Source: an uncultured cyanobacterium
GTDB lineage: Bacteria; Cyanobacteriota; Cyanobacteriia; Cyanobacteriales; Nostocaceae
Reading direction: 5' to 3'
Assembly: GCA_963740315.1 (NCBI GenBank)
Contig: CAVUDP010000002.1
Coordinates: forward strand, 1,152,001 to 1,216,000
DNA length: 64,000 nt
A model generated the notes under the pieces. The model had not been told where the DNA came from and searched no databases. It worked only from the letters and a program-made list of their open reading frames with translations. Position 1 is the stretch's first letter, and every line of letters begins with the position of its first letter. Positions 10,121-18,336 of this stretch are shown here, piece by piece. Both the position numbers and the translations under genes were made by a program.

Positions 10121-11977
10121 GTGAAGCTGAGAACTAAGATTCTCGCTGGTTATGGTGTTAGTCTTGCTTTAATTCTCCTTGTTGGTGCTTGGGGTGTAGC
10201 GAATCTTTGGCGATTGGGACAGGCTAGCGAAGCGATTTTGCGGGAAAATTACCGCAGTATTCGTGCTGCTGAAGGTATGGTGGATGCTTTGGAGCGTCAA
10301 GATAGCGCTACTTTGATTTCGCTATCGGAAAATAGTACGAATGCTATTGATTTATTTGCTAACAATCAAGTTGAGTTTTTGCAGTGGTTGTCGCGAGCTA
10401 AGGATAATATTACTATCAATGGCGAAACTGAGATTTTAGCGAAGTTGGAAAAAAGCTATCGAGAGTATCTTAGCAGCGTTGCTCAATTTCGTTCTTTACA
10501 AAATCAACCCGAAACAGCAAGAAGTTTTTACAATCAATTGGTTTTACCGAAGTTTGAAGCAGTGCGTCAAGCTTCTATTAAGTTGCGAAATTTGAATCAG
10601 CAGACGATGGAAGCAACTTCGCAGCAAGCACAGGTAACATCGAGTAATGCGATCGCATCAATGATTTTTGCGGGTTCTTCTGCTGCTGTTTTGGGTTTAA
10701 TTTTTAGTTTAATTCTCTCTAAAAATTTAACGCACCCGCTGAAGAAAATTACTCAAGCTACTGAGGAAATTGCTGAGGGTAATTATGGTGTGAATATTCC
10801 GGTAGAGTCTAATGATGAGTTAGGACATTTGGCGGGAGAAATTAATTCAATGAGTCAAAAACTCAAGAATTTTCACGCTTTAAATGTTAATACTATTATT
10901 GCTCAAAAACAGCGCAATGAAGCGATTATTGATAGCATTACCGACCCAATTATAGTAGTAGACGATCGCTGCAATATTATTGATATTAATCCCACAGCTG
11001 CAAGCTTATTTAATGCTAAACCTAAATTAGCTGAAGGAAGACATTATTTAGAAGTTATTGAAGATAGGACTTTATATAATGAAATTCAAGCTACAGCCGA
11101 AGCTGGCGAGTCTTCACAAATAAACCCGGATCGATCGGTTTTAACTATAGAAAAAAACGGGATTGAGTATTTTTATCGCTACGTTACTACTCCGGTAAAA
11201 ACTGAAGATGGTAAACGTTTGGGTGTAGTATTGCTGCTGCAAGATGTGACTAAGTTTAAGCAAATAGATCAGTTAAAAAGCGATTTTGTGATGACTGCTT
11301 CTCACGAGTTGCGAACCCCTTTAACCGGGATGGCAATGAGTATCGATTTACTTTTGGAAACCGCACAGCAAAAGTTATCGGAATCAGAACAGGAATTATT
11401 ATTAGCGGCTTCCGAAGATGTACAACGCTTGCGGAGTTTAGTTAACGATTTACTCGACCTTTCTAAGATAGAATCTGGTCGAATTGATATGGAAAGGGCA
11501 CCGATTGAAGCTAATCTAATAATTGATAAAGTAATATCGCTATTTAAGGTGCAAACGCAAGAAAAAAATATTCAATTAAATAAAAAAGTAGCATCCGAAT
11601 TACCGCAAGTAAACGCCGATGCGAACAAAATTACTTGGGTGCTAACAAATTTAGTAGCAAACGCTTTACGCTATGCAAAATCGCAAATTGAAATTGCAGC
11701 CAAACAACACGGTAACTGGATTTATTTCTCGGTAAGCGATGACGGACAAGGAATCGATCCCGCATATCAAAGCAAAATTTTTGACAAGTTTGTGCAAGTT
11801 AAAACAGAGCGAGATATCGGTGGTAGCGGCTTGGGCTTGGCTATTTGTAAAGAAATGATCAAAGCTCACGGCGGCATCATTTGGGTAGATTCCACAGTGG
11901 GTGAGGGTAGCACGTTCAGTTTTACACTGCCAATTATTGTAAATTCTAATCAACAAGGAGAATTAACTCATGTCTGA
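10121..11977 (+). CDS. Membrane sensor histidine kinase (sensor-HAMP-PAS-HisKA-HATPase)
   Basis: Two TM segments, SHELRTPL H-box, NLVANA, DDGQGI, GSGLGL; GTG 10121 after AGAGG. Confidence 0.93.
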   Translation: MKLRTKILAGYGVSLALILLVGAWGVANLWRLGQASEAILRENYRSIRAAEGMVDALERQDSATLISLSENSTNAIDLFANNQVEFLQWLSRAKDNITINGETEILAKLEKSYREYLSSVAQFRSLQNQPETARSFYNQLVLPKFEAVRQASIKLRNLNQQTMEATSQQAQVTSSNAIASMIFAGSSAAVLGLIFSLILSKNLTHPLKKITQATEEIAEGNYGVNIPVESNDELGHLAGEINSMSQKLKNFHALNVNTIIAQKQRNEAIIDSITDPIIVVDDRCNIIDINPTAASLFNAKPKLAEGRHYLEVIEDRTLYNEIQATAEAGESSQINPDRSVLTIEKNGIEYFYRYVTTPVKTEDGKRLGVVLLLQDVTKFKQIDQLKSDFVMTASHELRTPLTGMAMSIDLLLETAQQKLSESEQELLLAASEDVQRLRSLVNDLLDLSKIESGRIDMERAPIEANLIIDKVISLFKVQTQEKNIQLNKKVASELPQVNADANKITWVLTNLVANALRYAKSQIEIAAKQHGNWIYFSVSDDGQGIDPAYQSKIFDKFVQVKTERDIGGSGLGLAICKEMIKAHGGIIWVDSTVGEGSTFSFTLPIIVNSNQQGELTHV

Positions 11978-12629
11978 AGCACGCATTTTAGTTGTAGATG
12001 ATGAAAAAAATATTCGATTGACGGTAGTGCAATGTTTGGAGCCGCAAGGTTATACCGTAAAAACTGCGATTAACGGACAAGAAGCACTTGCTCAACTTGA
12101 AGAATACGATCCTCAATTAATGTTACTAGACTTGCAAATGCCGGGAATGAACGGTTTACAAGTACTGGAAGCAGCAAAAGAACGTCTACCCGATTTACAC
12201 GTAATTATGTTTTCGGCTCATGCTAATGTCGAAAATGCCGTAGATGCGATGAAATTGGGAGCGGTAGACTTTATGCAAAAGCCTTTTACTCCCAAAGAAA
12301 TTCGCGAATTAGTATCAAGAGTGTTAGGTAGAGAAAACGTTTCCGATTTACCAACAGATTACGATTCATTGATATCAGCCGCCAAACATCGCGCTAGCAA
12401 GCGCCAATTTGAAGAAGCGATAACGTTAGTTAAACAAGCAATTGGTGTCAATCCGAATAATGCCGAAGTATTCAATATGTTAGGAGAACTTTTGGAAGTG
12501 ACTGGGGACAAACTCCAAGCAATAAAAAATTATCGCGTCGCTACAGATTTAGATCCATCTTACAAGCCAGCACAGAAAAATTTGGAACGAGCCACAATGG
12601 ACCCAAAATCTCGCCGCTTACGGATGTAA
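11970..12629 (+). CDS. Response regulator receiver with C-terminal TPR
   Basis: ILVVDD, LLDLQMPGMNG, KPF; TPR-like 'AIGVNPNNAEVFNMLG'. Confidence 0.9.
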   Translation: MSEARILVVDDEKNIRLTVVQCLEPQGYTVKTAINGQEALAQLEEYDPQLMLLDLQMPGMNGLQVLEAAKERLPDLHVIMFSAHANVENAVDAMKLGAVDFMQKPFTPKEIRELVSRVLGRENVSDLPTDYDSLISAAKHRASKRQFEEAITLVKQAIGVNPNNAEVFNMLGELLEVTGDKLQAIKNYRVATDLDPSYKPAQKNLERATMDPKSRRLRM

Positions 12630-12697
12630 GAATTGGGAATGGGGAATAGAAAGTGCGTGGAATCGTTTTATATTTTATATAAGATTAAAAAATTGGT

Positions 12698-13102
12698 ATG
12701 GCAAATCAATACATTGTAGTTGTAGGTTGCGGACGTTTGGGTTCGATTTTGGCGAGTCAATTGAGTGGTGAAGGTAATTCTGTTGTAGTTATCGATCGCC
12801 ACGAATCTGTTTTTGATAATTTGGGAGGCGAATTTAGCGGTTTTCATATTGTTGGTGATGCAACCGAATTAGCTGTATTGCGAAGTGCGAAAGCTGATAA
12901 AGCCGATTGCTTGCTAGCCGTCACCGATTCTGACAATATTAATATTATGGTGGCGCAAATTGCCAAAAAGTTATTTGATATTCCCACGGTATTAGCTCGC
13001 GTATTTGACCCAAATCGAGAAGCAATTTACCGCGATTTTGGAATTGAAACAATTAGCCCCACACAACTATCTGCGGAAGCTTTTATGAAAACAATTGGTT
13101 AA
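12698..13102 (+). CDS. trkA: TrkA-N (RCK N-terminal, NAD-binding) protein
   Basis: VVVGCGRLG Rossmann motif, GDAT, TDSDNIN. Confidence 0.88.
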   Translation: MANQYIVVVGCGRLGSILASQLSGEGNSVVVIDRHESVFDNLGGEFSGFHIVGDATELAVLRSAKADKADCLLAVTDSDNINIMVAQIAKKLFDIPTVLARVFDPNREAIYRDFGIETISPTQLSAEAFMKTIG

Positions 13103-13269
13103 ATAATTTTTGATTTTTGATTTTTGATTTTGGATTGGGGAATAAAAATTAGGAGTTAGGAGTTAGGAGTTAGGAATTAAAAGATTTTAGATTTTGCATT
13201 GAGAGTTAGGAGTTAGAAATTTTAACCTTTGACCTCTAACCTTTGACCTTTGACCTTTCACAATAATTT

Positions 13270-13932
13270 ATGAAAATCATTCTAATTGGTAGTGATAAAT
13301 TAGTTTATTTTTTAGGCAGACAGTTTGCTAGTAAGGGCTATCAACTAACTATTATTACTCCCGATGAAACGCAAGCTTTAACTTTATCTCGCAAGCTGAA
13401 AGCAACTGTTATTAAAGGTGACGGTAGCAACCCGACAATTCTTCAAGAAGCTGGTGCTTATAGTGCTGATGTTTTGTTGGCTTTGACGGCTCAAGACCAA
13501 GATAATCTTGTTGCTTGTCAAATTTCTCAAGACCGTTATGGTGTACCTCGTACTATAGCTTTAGTTAATGACCCTGACAACCGCGAGGTTTTCCAAAAAT
13601 TGGGTGTGACTCAAGCTTTTTCAGCAACAGAAATTCTCGGTTCTTTAATTGAACAACAAGCGGATATTCAAGATATTAAAAATTTACTTCCCGTAGCAGA
13701 TACGGAAGTTACTTTAACAGAAATGACGCTGCAAGATGATAGTCCAGCTGTAGAGAAAACTCCCGAACAACTTAATTTAAATGGTGCCGCGATCGCCTGC
13801 ATTATTCGCGGTGGAACTGTCTTGCAGGCTAGGGAATACAGTCGTTTGCGGAGTGGCGATCGCCTGATTTTAATCAGTCAGTCAAACCAATGTGCTAAAG
13901 CTCAACGTGTGATTATGGGGGAAAAAGTTTAA
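13270..13932 (+). CDS. trkA: TrkA family K+ uptake regulatory subunit (RCK N+C)
   Basis: GDGS, AGAYSAD, DQDNLV; TrkA-C tail 'IIRGG...LRSGDRL'. Confidence 0.88.
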   Translation: MKIILIGSDKLVYFLGRQFASKGYQLTIITPDETQALTLSRKLKATVIKGDGSNPTILQEAGAYSADVLLALTAQDQDNLVACQISQDRYGVPRTIALVNDPDNREVFQKLGVTQAFSATEILGSLIEQQADIQDIKNLLPVADTEVTLTEMTLQDDSPAVEKTPEQLNLNGAAIACIIRGGTVLQAREYSRLRSGDRLILISQSNQCAKAQRVIMGEKV

Positions 13933-13933
13933 C

Positions 13934-15409
13934 ATGAGTCGTTACAAAAGCTTTTTGCGCCAGCGTTACCGCGCTATCTTCGGCTATACGGGTTTAGTTT
14001 CTCTGATTTCCGGATTCGGTCTACTTTTACCCCTGATTGCATTAATTTTTTACCCCGAAGAAGTTCCATTGGCTTGGGGTTTTCTTGTACCCGGTATAAT
14101 ACTTTGCGTTCTGGGCTTTATTTTATGGCGGACTTTAGCTCCTAAAAAAGCCACCAGTCTGACATTACAAGAAGGTGCGGTAATTGTTGTTTTGTCGTGG
14201 TTAGTAGCAATTGTTGTCGGTACGATACCGCTGATGACAATACAGAATTTGAACTTTACCCAAGCAATGTTTGAATCTACCAGCGGTTGGACAACTACCG
14301 GGTTGTCAGTGGTAGACGTAACCAAAGCTTCCCGGTTGATATTACTTTACCGCAGCACCATAGAACTGTTTGGTGGAGCGGGATTGGCGATTATTACATT
14401 GAGCGCGATCGCGGGGCCAAGTGGTTCTGGTTTAGCAAGTGCGGAAGGGCGTACCGAACAGTTGGTTCCTAACGTGCGGCGATCGGCAAAGTTGGTTTTG
14501 GGCATTTATTTGGGATACATAATTGTAGGAACCATAGCGCTAGATTTAGCGGGGATGAGTTTCTTTGATGCGATTAACCATTCCTTCGCTGCCGTCTCAA
14601 CTGGGGGATTTTCCACTCGTCCCGAATCTATCGGTTACTGGGATAACACTGCCGTAGAAGTGGTAACAAATGTATTGATGATTGTCGGAGCATTCAATTT
14701 TGTTACCAGCTATATGTTGCTCACGGGTAAGTTTAAATCTGTAATGCGTAACGGAGAAATCCGACTGCAATTTTTCTTCTACGTCTTGTGTAGCATTCTT
14801 TTGCTGTTTGGTGTAGTTTTGCCACTTTATCCCAACTTAGGCAAAGCAATTCGAGTATCTATATTTGAAACCATCACCGCTCTTTCCACAACTGGTTTTT
14901 CTACTGTGGGATATACTGACTGGAACGGATTGGGATGGTTAATCTTAATACTACTAATGTTGATTGGTGGGGGAAGCGGTTCGACAGCAGGCGGTATAAA
15001 ACAGATGCGCGTATATATTCTTTACCGCGCTTTGATGTGGGAAATACGGCGGATGTTAATGCCAGCAGGTACGGTGAATGAAGCTCATATTTGGGAAGGC
15101 GATAAACGGAAATTTCTGCAAAACGACCAAGTTAAACAAATTAGTATATTTGTATTTCTTTACTTAATGGTTTTTGGAATTGGTAGCGCGATAATCGCCG
15201 CTCACGGATATTCGTTGCAAGAAAGTTTGTTTGAATATGCCAGCGCAATGGGAACAGTAGGTTTATCCGTGGGGGTAACTGCTGCCGATGCTGCACCTGG
15301 TTTGTTGTGGGCAGAAACTGTAGGGATGTTTTTAGGGCGTTTAGAATTCTTCACAGTATTTGTGGGAGTAGTGCGTTTGTTGCGCGATACTCGTCCGATT
15401 TTGGCGTAA
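13934..15409 (+). CDS. trkH: TrkH family potassium uptake membrane subunit
   Basis: Filter motifs SGWTTTG, STGGFS, STTGFS, GTVGLS; GSTAGGIK. Confidence 0.95.
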   Translation: MSRYKSFLRQRYRAIFGYTGLVSLISGFGLLLPLIALIFYPEEVPLAWGFLVPGIILCVLGFILWRTLAPKKATSLTLQEGAVIVVLSWLVAIVVGTIPLMTIQNLNFTQAMFESTSGWTTTGLSVVDVTKASRLILLYRSTIELFGGAGLAIITLSAIAGPSGSGLASAEGRTEQLVPNVRRSAKLVLGIYLGYIIVGTIALDLAGMSFFDAINHSFAAVSTGGFSTRPESIGYWDNTAVEVVTNVLMIVGAFNFVTSYMLLTGKFKSVMRNGEIRLQFFFYVLCSILLLFGVVLPLYPNLGKAIRVSIFETITALSTTGFSTVGYTDWNGLGWLILILLMLIGGGSGSTAGGIKQMRVYILYRALMWEIRRMLMPAGTVNEAHIWEGDKRKFLQNDQVKQISIFVFLYLMVFGIGSAIIAAHGYSLQESLFEYASAMGTVGLSVGVTAADAAPGLLWAETVGMFLGRLEFFTVFVGVVRLLRDTRPILA

Positions 15410-15563
15410 GTTTACAGAGGAATTATATTTTAAACGCAAAGGTACGCGGAGGTTTAACGCAAAGTTTCGCAGAGGAGAGATATTACTTACTTTCTTACCT
15501 CTCTAAATCTCTTCCTCCGCGCTCTCTGCGCTCTCTGCGGTTTTTTTAATCCGGTATTTTGTG

Positions 15564-15842
15564 TCAAGAAGAAATTAATCCGCGCAATTCTTCTATAGAA
15601 TTAACAGTTTTAACTTTCCTTTGAATCACCTTTAATTGTTCTAAATCGGTAATTTGAGAAATTTGTGGCATTAACTGCAATCCTTCGTTACCGAATTTGA
15701 CTTCTAAAGCTATTTCAATACCTGACAATCTCTCTTCTCGTCTTCCACGTGCTTCACCACGAGCTTCACCACGAGCTTCACCTTCTCTCAAAATCTGCTG
15801 ATACCAAAGAGATTCACTTAATATTGCCATATCCCACCTCAT
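15564..15842 (-). CDS. Stand-alone duplicate of Rpn C-terminal domain (likely start at 15830)
   Basis: Near-identical to 15864-16133; GAGGTG SD precedes ATG 15830. Confidence 0.75.
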   Translation of the reverse strand: MRWDMAILSESLWYQQILREGEARGEARGEARGRREERLSGIEIALEVKFGNEGLQLMPQISQITDLEQLKVIQRKVKTVNSIEELRGLISS

Positions 15843-15863
15843 TAAAAGTAAAAATTCGGAGGT

Positions 15864-16730
15864 TTAAATACTTTGGATTAATCTTTGTAATTCTTCTAAG
15901 GAATTTACAGTTTTAACTCCCCGTTGAATCACCTTTAATTGTTCTAAATCGGTAATTTGAGAAATTTGTGGCATTAACTGCAATCCTTCGTTACCGAATT
16001 TGACTTCTAAAGCTATTTCAATACCAGATATTATTCCTCTTCTTTCACCACGGGCTTCACCACGAGCTTCACCTTCTCTCAAAATCTGCTGATACCAAGG
16101 AGATTCACTTAATATAGCCATATCCCACCTCATGATTTGTTTAACTAATGCGCTATCTAATACGAAGGTAGCAAAAAACGCTAAAACGGTTTCTAATTGA
16201 TTTAAGTCTTCATCAGCACGAAGTCTTTGTAAGGCTTGCTGTATCGTTGCTTCTTCTGCTCCATCTTTAAGAATTGGTACAAAGGGGAGTAGAGAAGATA
16301 AGTTTTGTTGAAATGCTGTTTCAACATCGACTTCCCATAAATTAATTACGCGATAATCTTGACGAGCTATTATTCCGGCAAATTCGGATTGGTATCGGGT
16401 AGGGATTTCGGTTTCACTTACTTTGAGAATGTTGATTAATACGGGATAAACGGGAAGATTATATTTCTCTTCTGCTAACGATATATAAGCCCGCATTCGT
16501 CTGGGCATTTCGACTTTATAGCGTAATTGTAACTCGTTTAAAACCAGAAATTCCCCATATTGCGGACTTTGAGCGCGGATAAGTACGTCGGATTCGCGGC
16601 TTATCCATTGAAATTCCGAGTCGAGAATTTCTGTTGCTGTGATGTCGGGGATTTGAGTTACCCACTTTACCCATTTATCTGGTGCGAGGCTAATTATCTT
16701 TTTGCTGCTGATATCGGCGGATTTTGTCAT
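15864..16730 (-). CDS. Rpn family (PD-(D/E)xK-like) recombination-promoting nuclease/putative transposase
   Basis: ESDVL...NELQ catalytic pattern, MPRRMRAY, C-terminal GEARGEARG repeats. Confidence 0.82.
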   Translation of the reverse strand: MTKSADISSKKIISLAPDKWVKWVTQIPDITATEILDSEFQWISRESDVLIRAQSPQYGEFLVLNELQLRYKVEMPRRMRAYISLAEEKYNLPVYPVLINILKVSETEIPTRYQSEFAGIIARQDYRVINLWEVDVETAFQQNLSSLLPFVPILKDGAEEATIQQALQRLRADEDLNQLETVLAFFATFVLDSALVKQIMRWDMAILSESPWYQQILREGEARGEARGERRGIISGIEIALEVKFGNEGLQLMPQISQITDLEQLKVIQRGVKTVNSLEELQRLIQSI

Positions 16731-16797
16731 GGAAGTAGATGCATGGAGTCGAGATAATTATTTTAATCTTTTGTGGGAGGAAAATGAGTGAATTGTT

Positions 16798-18039
16798 TTA
16801 AATATCTAAATCTTGTGGGTTTTTAATTGTGCCATCAGGCATTATAGTGTTACAAAATATAGGATTATACTTCTCGATAGAATAAAGTGAAAGTTTGCCA
16901 CCTAAAAAGTTTGCATTAGTAAAATTAGTTCTTTTAAAATAAGTTAGGTACAAGTTAACATTTGTTAAATTTGCACCTTTTAAATTAGCATCATCAAGTG
17001 TTGCTCCTTCAAGATTTGCATTTGTCAAATTCGCACCTTTTAAATTAGCATCATCGAGTCTTGCTCTTTTAAGATTTGCATTTGTCAAATTCGCATTGAT
17101 TAAGTTAGCACCATTCAATTGTGCTGATTCAAGATTTGCATCAGTTAAGTTAGCATTTTCTAAGTTAATGTTGTATAAATGTTCACTTAACCAGGCTCCA
17201 CTTAAATCGGCTCCTTTTAAATTACTATCGCGTAAATATATACGCCGTAAATTTACTCCACGTAGGTTTGCTCCAGCACCAACAAAAATCAATTCTGATA
17301 AATCCATTCCATCGGGAAACTTTGTATTAATACCATAAAAAGCATTTTTAAAATTTGCTCCTTTAAGTTTAGCTCCACATAAATTTGTGTAAGTAAGATT
17401 GGCATCTCTCATGTCAGCATATTTTAAATTAGCACCTTCAAATACTGTTTCAAGAAGACTAGCATCTCTCATGTCAGCATATTCTAAATTAGCACCTTTA
17501 AATACTGCTCTATATAAAATCCTATCTCTAAAATCTGCTTTTCTTAAATCAGCAGCACTAAAATCAGAATTACGAACATTTGCTAGCAACAAATTAGTTA
17601 GACTGGGGTGGATTATTCCATAGTATCCGGCTTCAGGATCGTAACATCGAATTGGTGCTGTTTCTTCGTCAAGAACAATAACTAAACCAGCAGCACTATT
17701 ATCCGAAGCGCAAGCAAAAATTATCAGCCAATTGCGTTCAAATTTATCGTACTTACTTCTAGTTGCAATTTTATAACTGTTTAATGAAGCTTTCACAGCA
17801 TCTTCTAAAGGTAAAAAACCATAAGCATAAAGAAATGGAAGCGAACTTGCATCACCTTCCATACCGTTACGCCATTGATATAGTTCGTAAAGTTCTTCTG
17901 GAAAGGGAAAACCTAAGTCTTTAATTCGTTCGTCTATTTCTTTTCTAGTAAGCCCTGGTTGCAATTTTTCTGCTAGTTCGGGGTTGTGTTCTAAATGATG
18001 ATTTCGGATTCTTTCTAAGGCTTGTGTTAAGACTGACAT
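16798..18039 (-). CDS. SMI1/KNR4 (SUKH)-like domain fused to pentapeptide repeats
   Basis: N-term LQPGLTRKEIDE...FPEELYELYQWRNG; C-term A(N/D)LxG repeats ending TIMPDGT. Confidence 0.8.
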   Translation of the reverse strand: MSVLTQALERIRNHHLEHNPELAEKLQPGLTRKEIDERIKDLGFPFPEELYELYQWRNGMEGDASSLPFLYAYGFLPLEDAVKASLNSYKIATRSKYDKFERNWLIIFACASDNSAAGLVIVLDEETAPIRCYDPEAGYYGIIHPSLTNLLLANVRNSDFSAADLRKADFRDRILYRAVFKGANLEYADMRDASLLETVFEGANLKYADMRDANLTYTNLCGAKLKGANFKNAFYGINTKFPDGMDLSELIFVGAGANLRGVNLRRIYLRDSNLKGADLSGAWLSEHLYNINLENANLTDANLESAQLNGANLINANLTNANLKRARLDDANLKGANLTNANLEGATLDDANLKGANLTNVNLYLTYFKRTNFTNANFLGGKLSLYSIEKYNPIFCNTIMPDGTIKNPQDLDI

Positions 18040-18148
18040 TTTCCTTTTTTTATGTAAAAATTTTTATAATTATTGTAAAATAATTATCATTTATTTGTTG
18101 TTAAAAATTGTTGATGTAATTTAAATTGTGTCTAGGAAAATAAGCGTT

Positions 18149-18329
18149 GTTAACTAATCTCAGATGGTGCGTTAGACGATTTTCTCAATTATCGTTTATT
18201 TAATAATTAATCGTGCGTCTAACACACCCTACAATCTATAATTAACTAATCTCAGATGGTGCGTTAGACGATTTTATAAATTATCGTTTATTCAATAATT
18301 AGTCGTGCGTCTAACACACCCTACAATTT
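18149..18329. repeat. Tandem direct duplication (~93 bp x2) of a REP-like palindromic element
   Basis: Two copies of TAACTAATCTCAGATGGTGCGTTAGACG...CGTCTAACACACCCTACAAT. Confidence 0.9.
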
Positions 18330-18336
18330 AGATAAA

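Noticed and set aside
15564..16133. Diversity-generating retroelement TR/VR pair
   Set aside because: No reverse transcriptase; differences between copies are not adenine-specific and include repeat-number change
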